Positions 13,701 through 23,978 of a stretch of 64,000 bases of DNA are shown here, piece by piece. This DNA comes from Sminthopsis crassicaudata (lineage: Eukaryota). The notes beneath the pieces are model-generated. The model made no database searches. It was not told where the DNA came from and saw nothing but the letters and a program-made list of their open reading frames with translations. The position numbers were made by a program, and so were the translations under genes. Every line of letters starts with the position of its first letter. Position 1 is the first letter of the stretch. The stretch covers positions 296,561,765 to 296,625,764 of the forward strand of contig NC_133620.1 of assembly GCF_048593235.1 (NCBI RefSeq), in the 5' to 3' direction.

Positions 13701-16700
13701 AAAGAGAGATTTGAACCTGGCATCTGGTCTGCAGGGCACTGGGTATTCCTGGCCAATTGCCACCTGTCACTTTCTTGGATGCCACAACTGGATAAGCTTG
13801 TGGAGCAACTGCAGGTGGAGGAGCCACACTCAGCTTTTCGCTTGTGGCTCAGTTCCAGCCCCCATCCTGACTTTCCCATCTCCATCCTGCAAGTCAGCAT
13901 CAAGATGACTACTGAGCCGCCCAAAGTATGTTTTGTGTGTATTGAAGGAGTCAGGAGAGTGGGAGCAGTGATTTGGGGGGGAGGGAGATAGAGGTGGGAA
14001 AGGAAAGTCCAGTACTTGCATAATTACTGACATTCTTTCCTTCCCAGAAGAATAGGCATACTTTTTTCTCCCATCTTTAGATAATAGGAATGAATGAATG
14101 GAAAGTAAGTACTTACTATATGTTAACTAAGCTCTGGTGACAGATAGACAAAGCTAGACAGTCCAATGCTCTCAACATCTCTTGACCCAATCTTTTCCCC
14201 ATCTCCCAAGGGATCATGATTCTCAAATAGATTCCCATTTATCTTAAGCACTGTCAATGTTTTAATCCCTTTTGATTTATTAATATTTCTCTGGGCTCAT
14301 TCTTCTGTTCCCTTAGATTGGGTCCCTAGAGGAAAACTTGAGTTAAATGGGTAACCCCGAGGGTTTTTTTTTTGGTTGCCCATGGTTCCCCATGTGGCAT
14401 ACTTCCCCTCTGCCATGGCAGTTAATCAGTTGATACTAAATAGCTTTTACAAAAGAATTTTTACTAAGTAGTAAAGCAAGGACAGAATATGACAAACAAA
14501 TCTCTCCTCAAACTGGGGATACTCTCTCCCTTCTGTATCACTTACCCTGGGTAGAGTGGGTTCAAATTTGAAGTACAAAGATACTGGAGCACCCATGTAG
14601 GTAACACATGTTGGCAAGGGGTATCTCCTGGTCTTGACAATCTTTTTTTTTCTTTTTGTAGTTCCTATCAAATTCACTTCTAGGTGTAGTATAGCAGGTC
14701 AAAAAGTGTCTGGTTCAACTGGGCTAGCTACCTTCTTACAGGATTTGACAGTCAGCAGCTGGGTTAATGCAAGGCTGAACTGGGTCAAACAGATCATTCC
14801 TCAGCCCTGGCTTCTCCTGCTGTTATTCACTCTGGTTGTTAAGAGAATTTCAAATGTCTCTTTTGCCTTTCCAAGCTCATGAGATAGTAACATGGTTCAT
14901 TCTTTGTCCAGGTACTGATTCATCTAAGATCATGAAAAAATAAACATAATAGAAACAGGAATCATGTTTTCTGGAGCACATGATATCTGGCTGGGGAGAT
15001 AAGGCACAAGAACTGTTCTCTAGAAAGCTACCCCAAAAAAGTAGCCAAAGGAAGGAGCAAATTAATCCTTTTATATTATAGCTCAATTCTGGCTCCACAT
15101 TCAGTCCTTATTTATGTCTCTGAACCCATTTAAAAAACTCTTCATCACCCCATACCACCCCCTCAGTCACTTTTGGCCAGAGGAAGATCATCAAGTCTTT
15201 TAAATATTGGATTTAAATAAGACATGGAAATATAGTGCATTCCCTGTAAAACCCAGGCAGGGCAAATCTGCACAAGCTCCAAGAACTGGGTCTTCATAAG
15301 TCAGCTCCCCATTATACTTTAAAACATGGTCTTCAATAAATCTACTACCCCTTTTGGGTATCACTTTGTTGTGTGGTCTAGAGAGGGGCAGGAATCATAA
15401 TTTCAGATAAAACTAAACACAGACATGATAAAAAGATAAGCAGGGACCTACATCATTTAATTCAATAAACATTAATTGTCTACTGTGTTCTAAGTGCTGA
15501 GATTATGCATAAATTAATTATCTATGGAATAATCAATCAATATCAACACTTAATATACAAATATCAAATGGCATAGCACCTATTGGAAGGGAAATAATTA
15601 AACTATAATAGTGCATGACTTCATATCTCTTTCAGATGCAGACAAATGTAATCAAAAGATAAACAAAAAAAGGAAATTATCTGAATAGAACTTTTGAAAA
15701 ATTAGCAATAATAGATCTTTCTAATGATTACTGAATGGGAATAAAGAAGAGTTTACCTAGTTCTCTGTTATACTTTTATAAAAATTGATCATGTTTTGAT
15801 GCATAGAGACCTTAGCAAATTATGTAAAAATACAAAATATTAAACATATCATTTAAAAATCAGATTTAATGAAGGCCCTTTAAAGAATTTTAAAATAATA
15901 AAAAACTAAGAATTCTAAATAACTAGCCAGTCAAAAAATAAATTATAGAAATAATGGAATATTTCATCAAAGAAAATGACAGTAATAAAGCAGCATACCA
16001 AATTTATGGAATGCAGCTAAAGAAGTTCGGAAGGGAAAATATTTATCTATAAACAATTTCATCAATAACAACAACAAAAAAAGCCAAATCTTTGAATTTG
16101 GTGTACTTCAAAAGAACTCAAATAGCAACAAATCAATAATCTTTACCTCAGTATTGAAGTAGAAGTTATGGAAATTAAAGAAGACATTAATAAAATTATA
16201 AGCAAAAGACTATTATACTGATAAATAACACTAGAAGGGTTTTTTTTAAAGAAACTAATAAAATGTATAATTAGCTAATCTGATTTTTAAAAAGAAAATC
16301 AAAATATTCATATAAAAATGAAAAATAGAATTCAAAACAATTGAAGAATAAGGAAATTTTCAGAAACTTTTGCCAATTATGTGCTAACAAAACTTATAAC
16401 TTAGAATAACTAGATGAATAATTACAAAAGTATAAAATATCTAGATTAACTAAAGAAGAAGTGGACTATTCAAATAACCTAATTATCAGAAAAAGAATTT
16501 GAATAAGGCAAAGTGGGTTCCCAAAGTGGGGGAATAACCAGGATCAGATGGATTTATAAGTGAATTCTATCAAACATTCAAAGATTAATTCCAATATCAC
16601 TCTTTGCAATAACAGGATATTTCTAAGAAACAAATAGTGTCTTTATGCCTAAACCAGGGGAGAAAAAGGAGATAAAGAAAACTGTAAATCAGTATGTGCA

Positions 16701-19700
16701 AAGAACATTGATTCAGAACTTTAAATAAAATATTAATAAATCAGTTATAACAAAATATTAGTATGATTATCTACAGACTTAAATAATTTGAAAAATAATC
16801 ATTGCTTGTGGATACGTCAGTGTAATAAAAATTATACTACCTAAGTTAATAATTGCATATAGTTAGAACAAATAACAAAGGAGGAACAAGTGATCTCAAG
16901 GATGATAATTTTTAAAAAAGATGGAAAGAAGGTAGGGGTGGTCTATCATAAGTACCAGATTTTAAACTGAGCAGTAGTCACCAATCAGTTTGCTTTTTGT
17001 TAAAAAGAAGAGAAGTTGACCAATGGAACACATTAAGAACATAGCATACAAAAACAAATTAAGGCAGTAGCATGTTTGATAAAACCAAAGACCTCAGTTA
17101 CCGAAATAACGGCGCAGGCTTTGACAAAAATTGCTGGGAAAACCTTTGTAAAAGAAAAATGCAAAACATCTTTAAAAGTCAGCATTTCTGTTACTTTGCC
17201 ATAATCTAACCAGTTCACAAATCTCTGTGTGGCACAAAAATTTTCATGGTCATTCCTCGTCTTATTACCAACTATTATAAATATTCTGCCATTTAAAAGT
17301 CTTGTTTTTATAACTTAACCGTATCAATGCTATCCTGTTACACTTTTTCCATCTCTTACTCCAGCTCCTTTATTCCAATGGCTTGGCTACAAATGATGCA
17401 GTAAATGAATTTCACATGTGGAGCTCTATGGGCCTTGCCTTTTATGCTATAGTAGCTGCTCCATCAGTCTGTATTATCATCAGTTTTCCCATTAATTCTT
17501 TTTCATTTTTTAAAAAAGTCAATTACTGTTAAGAATAGCACTTATTGCTTCCTTTAGTAGCTCACAAAATAAAAAAAAAACCTAATATTTCATTATTAAA
17601 ACAGATTCTAGCAAATCCTGTAGTTTGAAAAGTGTTAGAAACACCTGTCCTTTTATCCAACTGCATTAAGAAATCATCCCATATGGGATAATCCGTTCTA
17701 ATGGTTATTTCAACAGAGCTTCAACAATGCTGGTTTTTGCTTCTTTCAATAGTCCTGAATGATAGAAAAAATGCAATTTAGTTTGTTGTCATACTGTTTT
17801 TCTGTATTATTGTATTATTCTGTAATACTGTATTATTTTGGCTGTCTTATCAAAGGAGGAAGACAAGTGTTTCTTCAATAATTTGTGGCTTTTTTTGGGG
17901 GGAGGGGTTGCTTTTAAGTAAGAAATCTCAAGAGATTTCTAAACATTTATCATTGATCAGTGAAATTTTGTAAAGTACTGGATTGAGAATCCTATAACAC
18001 TACTTATAAAAATATTATGGAGATTTTTATTTATTGTTTAATTTTAAAACGATTCACTAACCATATTGGCTTTACCTAACTAATAACTCATGTCAAAAAG
18101 AAATATTTAGAATAAGATTCAGCATTAATGATGTAGACATAAATCTATATTTCAAATAATCTTTTTGATCATTTTTGCTTTCAGTATTAGTATTATCTTC
18201 AATTGGAAAGTTCTTTGTATTCTTTTGAAGCCATTTGTATAGATGTATGTGCAGTCTGGGTATGAAAGTGTTGTGTTAGCTTGGTTAAAAATAGATAATA
18301 TAGTTTGTAAATTCACTTAACTAGGTACAAATAAGCTGCCATACATCAGAAGATATTGAAAGCTAAAAAAAAACTAATGGTGGTGATGTTAAACTGCCAT
18401 TTTGTAAAACTGCCACTCTTCCCTTGCCTGCACTACTGAAAGTTCCAGTGTCAATTCATATATTAACTTTTTAGGCCTTCGGGCATCTTTCAGACTAAAT
18501 TAGAGAAGAGTTGCCAATCTATATTTGTAGAAGGAGCTCTCTACAATCTAATTTAATCTGTAAAAGAGGTTTTAAATATTTCTGGATTAATTCAGTTGTA
18601 GCTGGACCAATTTTTGTACAAGTATTATGAAAGTCTATCTAAAAATGTCTGCTATTCAAAAATCTGTTTTTAAAATCTTAATTTTTCAAACATTTGGTTT
18701 GAATTTTTTTCTTTTGTTGGATTTGTTAAATTTTGGGAGCTACTAGAATTAATGTTCTGCAATCTAATTCTAGATAATATAAAATGATGGAATATAAACT
18801 GTTTTAAATTAGGAAATTTGTATCCTCAGCATTTGGGCAGTTATGTGGTGAAGTAGATGGAGTGCTGAAGTTAGAAGAAGACTCATCTTCTGAATTTAAA
18901 TCTAGCCTCAGATACTTACTAATTGTGTGATCCTGGGCAAATCACTTAAACTTGTTTGCCTCAATTTCCTCATCTCTAAAATGGCAAATCATTCTAATAT
19001 TTTTGCCAAGAAAACCCCACATGGAATTATGAAGAGTTGGATACAACTGAAATGATTGAACAACAATCCTCAGCTCTTAGTATAGTGTCTAACACATGAG
19101 TTGACATTTAATAAATATTTGATTGAACTCAAAGGAGTGGCTAAAAATACAATTTCATGAAGAACTTCAGAAGATTTCTGCCTTCTGCATCCTTGACAAT
19201 CAGACTCTTTCCTTTAAGATCACTGTCACTCCTCTCCCCCATCTCAAAAAGATGTTCCTCATCACTACTACTTATATATTGATTTTTAATCTTCATTTAG
19301 GTCAGCCTCTTTGCTCTACTAGGTCTAACATCTCATAAGTCTATATATATATATATATATATATATGGGGTAAAAAAAATGGCAGAAGACTATTTTTGTT
19401 ATGTATCTATATAAATATAAATATATATATATAAAGGTTCCACAATATACATGGCTCCTCAGAGGGGCCTCAAGTATGTACAATAAAGTGTGTTCTGTTT
19501 CTGACCTCTGACTTATTAGAATGTTTCTCTAACCCTTCTGTATGTATTTAATCTTCCTCTAAAGTCAAGTTCAAGGAAATGGATCCAGGTATATGAACTA
19601 AGCTATAAATAAGTTGAAAGCAAAAGCCTCATAGTAGTTTGTAGATATCTATATCATATTCAGAAGTGTTATTTTATTATTTATATACATGTCTTTTTCC

Positions 19701-22700
19701 TCCCAGGATATTGTAAATACTTTGAGGTCAAAGACCACCTTTTATTGGGTGGGTCCCCCCCCTCAGTACCTAGTACAATGGCATAGCAGTACCAAGCATG
19801 TACTTATTGAATGAATGTGGGTCTAAGAAGGGGCAGCAAAGTATGATGCCTGATGAAAATGGATATAAGAGGTGCAGAGAGCTAGGGTATCAATTGGTGC
19901 TCCAAACTGCCCTCCCCTTCATTTTGGGACTCCCTCTATTTTGACCCCAAATTTAGACCTTGCTTCCTTTCAGGGTCTGAAAGCCAACATGAAGCGGCTG
20001 TACCATTTGTTGACAGAAACACAGTTTTCCCGATGCAGCAAGCCAAACAAATACAAGAAACTACTTTTTGCACTTTGCTTCTTCCACTCGGTCCTGCTTG
20101 AACGTAAGAAGTTTCTACAGCTGGGATGGAACATCATTTATGGCTTCAATGACTCTGATTTTGAGGTCAGAGCCAAACCATTTCCTGATCATCCCCTACC
20201 CTTTATCTTCATCTAGACCCCCCACACCTCTCCTGTAACAATTTTGGTTGCCAAAGCCCCTATAATAACATCCCTTTCTGTTACTATAACTGGGTTGAGA
20301 TGTGGCTTCAACCTTACAGGTATCTGAAAACCTTTTGAGCCTATACCTTGATGAGTATGAGGAGACACCATGGGATGCCCTCAAGTACCTAATTGCTGGT
20401 GTCAACTATGGAGGACATGTCACTGATGATTGGGATAGGCGCCTTCTCATTACCTACATCAATGATTATTTCTGTGAACAGAGCTTAAATACTCCCTTTT
20501 TCAGGTGAGGGTTTGATTGTGGCAATGGGAACAGAGATTGGGAGCAGAGTGATATTGATGCAGGGCCAGTGATGAAGATAAACTATGAAGTTTTGAACAG
20601 AACCATCTGGCTAAAGAGATCAGAAGACAAGATGGAACATTAGGAGCAGAAGTTGGTATCTCCCCGAGAAAGGGAAAAGAATACTGGTTTGGGGGTCAAA
20701 GGAGGTTCAATGGACTTTCAAATCATGCTGCTCCTTAGACTCTGATTTTATCCTCTATAAAATAAGGAGGTTGGGGTAGGTGACTCTAGGATGCCTTCTA
20801 GTTCTAAAACTTTTATAATTCTAAGTGTCTGATTGTATGGACAATAAATGATATGAATGTAAATAGGATCCTGCTTTATAAATAGGGGCAGTTAGTTGGA
20901 TGGAGTACCAGGGCAGTTAGTTGGATGGAGTACCAGGGCTTGAGTCAGAAGAACTTTTCTGAGTTCAAATCTGGTCTCAGCCACTTACTAGCTGTGTGAC
21001 CCTGGGAAAATCCCTTAACCCTATGTGTTTCAATTTCTTCATTTTAAAAATGAATTAGAGAAGGAAATAGCAAACCACTCCAGTATCTCTGCCAAGAAAA
21101 TCTCCAACAACAAAGAAATGGAGAATGAGTCTGAAATCAAAAAGGGTTGAAGCTTACTTAGGTTTAGTGGCATTTCATCTGCCTAAAATTTGAGTTGTAA
21201 CTCTTGTGCTGTTTTCCACCCTTTCCAGGCTTTCTGTACTGGACACTTACTGCATCCCCAAGGATGGGAATCTGGCCTCATATAAAGAGTATATCAGCAT
21301 GCTTCCTGGCATGGACCCTCCTGAGGCCTTTGGCCAGCACCCCAATGCAGATGTAGCATCTCAGATCACTGAAGCACGTACTCTCTTTGAGACCCTGCTC
21401 TCCCTGCAGCCCCAAATCACACCCATTGGAACTGGGGCCCAGAGCCGGGAAGACAAGGTGAAGATAGAGACTATAGATGTGATATATATGTGGGTTGAGA
21501 ACATTTAAAAAAACAAAACAAAACTTTGTATTGAAGAAATCTCTTGAACCCTGTCTCCTCAGGTCCTTGAGCTGGCAGCTGATGTGAAACAGAAGATACC
21601 TGAGACAATTGACTATGAAGGGACACGAAATCTTCTGGCACCAGACCCTTCCCCACTTAATGTGGTCCTACTACAAGAGATCCAGAGATACAACAAGCTT
21701 ATGGAAACCATTTTGTAAGAAGGGGAAAGTCTCTTATACTCTTAGGGTAAAAAAAAAAAAAAATGGCAGACTATTTTTTGTGTTGTATATGTAAAGCCTA
21801 TGAACATATTTTCAGGTTTTTCAGATGCATCAAATAAAATACATGGAATTACTAAGGAAACTATACTGAGATAGTTATTAGCATATAATATTTTTTTAAG
21901 TTCCCATATTCCAGGTTAAGATTTCCCACACTAACAACACTTCTGTCTAGGTTCTCACTCATAGAGCTGGAAAAGGGTATTCATGGTCTTGTTGTCATGT
22001 CCACCAGCCTGGAAGAGATTTTCAACAGCATTTTTGATGCACGGGTCCCCCATCTCTGGGAGAAGGTGAGGATTCTATCCTCCTAATCGAAGTTTTCCAT
22101 TAGGTGCTCTATACTCAATTATAGTTGAGGAATAGAGTTGTTTTGGGACTGACTACCTGGGTTTAATCTACCTACCTTCTTCCCCAGGCCTATCCTTCTC
22201 AAAAGCCTCTAGCAGCTTGGACTCGGGACCTTGCTCTTCGAGTAGAACAGTTTGCAACGTGGGCTAGCAGAGCCCGACCTCCTGTGCTTTTCTGGTTGTC
22301 TGGGTTTACCTTTCCCACAGGCTTCCTGACTGCTGTGCTGCAAGCTTCTGCCCGTCAAAATAATGTGAGGTCCCTTAGAAAGGGCCCCCCCCCCCACCAG
22401 AAGGGATTGTTAGTGTGGGGGTGAGGGGTATGGGGAAGAGAGAGGATCATGTTGGGGGTGGGGAGTTGAGAATGAATGAACTCAGCTACTGAAAATAGAT
22501 CATGAGGCTGCCTCTCTTTTAACTCTTCTCCAGGTCTCCATTGACAGCCTCTCTTGGGAATTCATTGTTTCCACTGTGGATGACAGCAACTTAGTATATC
22601 CACCCAAGGTAGAGATCAGATATGCTTGGGCTTAAGGGGGAGAGGGAATTGTAATTAGAACTAAATAGGGTGGGAAAGAAGAAATACGTTATTTAAGGAA

Positions 22701-23246
22701 TTGGGAGGAGCTGGGCAAATGAGGTTGAGTATTTTTTTTAATTAAGGGAGTTCCTTTGATTTCTATCTAGGATGGTGTTTGGGTTCGTGGCCTTTTCTTG
22801 GAAGGTGCAGGTTGGGATAAGAAAAATTCATGTTTAGCAGAGGCAGAACCCATGCAACTTGTCTGCCCTATCCCTACCATACACTTCAAACCTACTGAGA
22901 GCCGAAAAAAGAGTGCCAAGGGTATGCATGCAAGCTCTCTGACCTAAACTTGCACTAAATCTCCGGGCCAACCATCCTGACCAACATTTCCTGCAATGCT
23001 CTTGTCCCTACCATCAGTTCTCCCCAAGCTGGCTCAACCCTGCCCCTGACACAGGTACCTAGGTACTTTAGTCTTTCTTTTTTTCCCTCAGGTATGTATT
23101 CCTGTCCCTGCTATTACTATCCTAACCGAGCAGGCTGTGCTGACCGCGCCTCCTTTGTAATTGGTATTGACCTTCGAGCTGGAAGCATGCCATCAGACCA
23201 CTGGGTCAAGAGAGGAACTGCCTTGCTGATGAGCTTAGATAATTAA
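1550..23246 (+). CDS. DNAH2: Dynein axonemal heavy chain 2, 5'-partial (stalk/MTBD, AAA5, AAA6, C-terminal domain); 28 exons, 1436 aa in window
   Basis: Exons listed below join in phase (4312 nt = 1 + 1437 codons) with GT-AG at every junction. Peptides match inner-arm dynein f beta DNAH2 as recalled ([41 protein letters not shown]). Confidence 0.97.
2523..2639 (+). CDS. DNAH2: DNAH2 exon
   Basis: AVTAHSEKI...LEEAMR. Confidence 0.95.
2852..2993 (+). CDS. DNAH2: DNAH2 exon (MTBD)
   Basis: [20 protein letters not shown]...AKRQL. Confidence 0.95.
3060..3760 (+). mobile_element. L2 LINE remnant
   Basis: Contains the typical L2 3' tail motif (atcaactagcatttatt...ctactatgtgccaggca) and purine-rich L2-like body; boundaries approximate. 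Confidence 0.45.
3853..4022 (+). CDS. DNAH2: DNAH2 exon (MTBD)
   Basis: [15 protein letters not shown]...WVRAME. Confidence 0.95.
4190..4306 (+). CDS. DNAH2: DNAH2 exon
   Basis: [13 protein letters not shown]...EKLRE. Confidence 0.95.
6117..6350 (+). mobile_element. MIR (CORE-SINE)
   Basis: tRNA-like head, CORE (tgtgaccctggtcaaatcact...cagtttcc...taaaatggg) and L2-like tail. Confidence 0.7.
6586..6737 (-). mobile_element. WSINE1-like SINE with A tail and perfect 15-bp TSD
   Basis: Reverse complement GGGGCAGGTAGGTGGTGCAGTGGATAGAGC...GTTCAAATC...A tail; TTCCCATAGAATTTC at 6571-6585 and 6738-6752. Confidence 0.85.
6986..7150 (+). CDS. DNAH2: DNAH2 exon
   Basis: [10 protein letters not shown]...WEENVK. 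Confidence 0.95.
8050..8100. repeat. AT-rich (TATTTAA)n minisatellite-like tract
   Basis: About 4 tandem TATTTAA units. Confidence 0.6.
8312..8437 (+). CDS. DNAH2: DNAH2 exon
   Basis: [22 protein letters not shown]...WVKK. Confidence 0.95.
8597..8745 (+). CDS. DNAH2: DNAH2 exon
   Basis: IRELQVPCS...[23 protein letters not shown]. Confidence 0.95.
8838..8904 (+). CDS. DNAH2: DNAH2 exon (AAA5)
   Basis: [22 protein letters not shown]. Confidence 0.95.
8965..9102. mobile_element. hAT-type MITE
   Basis: Imperfect TIRs CAATAGTGTCAAACTC / GAACTTGACACCTCAG; 8-bp TSD CTTTAAAT / CTCTAAAT. Confidence 0.55.
9228..9378 (+). CDS. DNAH2: DNAH2 exon
   Basis: [17 protein letters not shown]...VTRI. Confidence 0.95.
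9604..9752 (+). CDS. DNAH2: DNAH2 exon
   Basis: [26 protein letters not shown]...VKEQ. Confidence 0.95.
9915..10048 (+). CDS. DNAH2: DNAH2 exon
   Basis: [19 protein letters not shown]...DEIL. Confidence 0.95.
10411..10555 (+). CDS. DNAH2: DNAH2 exon
   Basis: [12 protein letters not shown]...DLARE. Confidence 0.95.
10837..11036 (+). CDS. DNAH2: DNAH2 exon
   Basis: [10 protein letters not shown]...IDPMYQFSL...YAVY. Confidence 0.95.
11076..11180 (+). mobile_element. WSINE1-like SINE, internally deleted
   Basis: GGGGGCAGCTAGATGG head and CORE, but the GTTCAAATC B-box segment is missing. Confidence 0.65.
11200..11460 (+). mobile_element. L1 3'UTR fragment
   Basis: atgtatgggactacctgtcatctaggggagggg matches the 3'UTR of the L1 at about 61630-61680. 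Confidence 0.7.
11746..11872 (+). CDS. DNAH2: DNAH2 exon
   Basis: [16 protein letters not shown]...FLRGGV. Confidence 0.95.
12698..12884 (+). CDS. DNAH2: DNAH2 exon
   Basis: [12 protein letters not shown]...AMLP. Confidence 0.95.
13043..13191 (+). CDS. DNAH2: DNAH2 exon
   Basis: [11 protein letters not shown]...LRQDRV...NMKS. Confidence 0.95.
13296..13479 (+). CDS. DNAH2: DNAH2 exon (AAA6)
   Basis: [21 protein letters not shown]...SLGQGQ. Confidence 0.95.
13735..13925 (+). CDS. DNAH2: DNAH2 exon (AAA6)
   Basis: [15 protein letters not shown]...FRLWLSS...TEPPK. Confidence 0.95.
15500..17150 (+). mobile_element. Old L1 ORF2 fragment, degenerate
   Basis: Endonuclease remnants, [21 protein letters not shown] (16538-16582), CSW region; many stops and frameshifts. 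Confidence 0.8.
17150..18400 (-). mobile_element. Charlie1-like hAT transposase fossil
   Basis: Minus-strand remnants [35 protein letters not shown]...DHEN...WLDYGKV; boundaries approximate. Confidence 0.7.
18836..19066 (+). mobile_element. MAR1-type CORE-SINE
   Basis: tRNA head, CORE and tail ccaagaaaaccccac...gagttggatacaactgaaatgattgaacaacaa. Confidence 0.7.
19342..19366. repeat. (TA)n microsatellite
   Basis: Direct read. Confidence 0.95.
19974..20165 (+). CDS. DNAH2: DNAH2 exon
   Basis: [10 protein letters not shown]...[14 protein letters not shown]. Confidence 0.95.
20320..20504 (+). CDS. DNAH2: DNAH2 exon
   Basis: VSENLL...[15 protein letters not shown]...TPFF. Confidence 0.95.
20885..21140 (+). 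mobile_element. MAR1-type CORE-SINE with duplicated head
   Basis: CORE plus caaaccactccagtatctctgccaagaaaa tail; 25-bp tandem duplication at the 5' end. Confidence 0.7.
21229..21457 (+). CDS. DNAH2: DNAH2 exon
   Basis: [13 protein letters not shown]...[10 protein letters not shown]...REDK. Confidence 0.95.
21563..21714 (+). CDS. DNAH2: DNAH2 exon
   Basis: [11 protein letters not shown]...[11 protein letters not shown]...ETI. Confidence 0.95.
21745..21925. mobile_element. Possible hAT-Charlie MITE remnant
   Basis: aaataaaatacatggaattactaaggaaac...ccaggttaag resembles MER-type hAT MITE ends; TIRs not clear. Confidence 0.3.
21951..22065 (+). CDS. DNAH2: DNAH2 exon
   Basis: [17 protein letters not shown]...LWEK. 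Confidence 0.95.
22188..22364 (+). CDS. DNAH2: DNAH2 exon
   Basis: [11 protein letters not shown]...[18 protein letters not shown]...QNN. Confidence 0.95.
22534..22608 (+). CDS. DNAH2: DNAH2 exon
   Basis: [10 protein letters not shown]...YPPK. Confidence 0.95.
22771..22921 (+). CDS. DNAH2: DNAH2 exon
   Basis: [16 protein letters not shown]...KKSAK. Confidence 0.95.
23092..23246 (+). CDS. DNAH2: DNAH2 last coding exon
   Basis: [12 protein letters not shown]...[15 protein letters not shown]; TAA at 23244-23246. Confidence 0.95.
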
Positions 23247-23445
23247 GGGCAGTACTTCCTCATCCTTGGAACTCGGAGGAAAGGAATCTTGGGTTTTTGA
23301 GGCTTAGCTTCTGAATCTGGAAAGGAGGGCCCTGAAGCCGAGCTTAGAGTGGAGGAGCCCCATTTCTTTGGTTTCCTTGCTCTAGAAAAACTCTGGAGCA
23401 CAAGGCTTATTTATGAAGAGAGGAGCTAAAATCATCTCTTCATTC

Positions 23446-23451
23446 AATAAA
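23446..23451 (+). terminator. DNAH2 polyadenylation signal
   Basis: AATAAA 200 nt after the stop codon, followed by T/GT-rich sequence. Confidence 0.8.
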
Positions 23452-23853
23452 CACGTTTTAAATTTGTTTCTGGGTCCTTCAATAATGGAATGCCAAGGGG
23501 AAAAGAAGAGGGTGTATTAATATACATACACAGTAAGTAGTTGGGTTTAGAGTTAAGTGAAGGTGAGAGTCTCAACCCTGAAGAAAGGAGTGGGGGATAA
23601 AGGGGGCGGGGCGGGCCCCTAAACAGAAGCGAGGCTGCGGGGAGGGGCCTAAGCAGGAAGAGGCGGGGCTGGAGATGGAGAAGGTGGAGATAAGAGTTGG
23701 ACGCGGTTAGGTACGAGGCTGGGGAAGGGCGGGTACGAAGCAGGGAGGGGCGGGGCCCGATCCGAGAGAGCTGAGCATAGGGGCTCGGGCCGCGACCGGG
23801 ATGGGGCAGGGGCGGGGCGGGGCGGGGCCGTGGGCGGGCAAGGGCGGGTGTTT

Positions 23854-23978
23854 GTGTTGGAAAATCCAACTGCGCCACGGGGCGGAGCGGCCCCCCCAGC
23901 CCGGGTCCGGGTGGGGGGAGCCTCCCGACCCCCTGGGGGTCCACGGGGAGTCGGGACACCTGAAACTCCCAGAACCAG
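23854..23978 (+). other. KDM6B: KDM6B non-coding first exon (candidate)
   Basis: Follows the GC boxes and ends at donor CAG|GTAATG. The start GTGTTGGAAAATCCAACTGCGCCAC resembles the human mRNA 5' end as recalled (unverified). Confidence 0.6.

Noticed and set aside
13411-13908. 165-aa ORF overlapping two DNAH2 exons
   Set aside because: Out-of-frame chance ORF crossing an intron, with no homology recognised.
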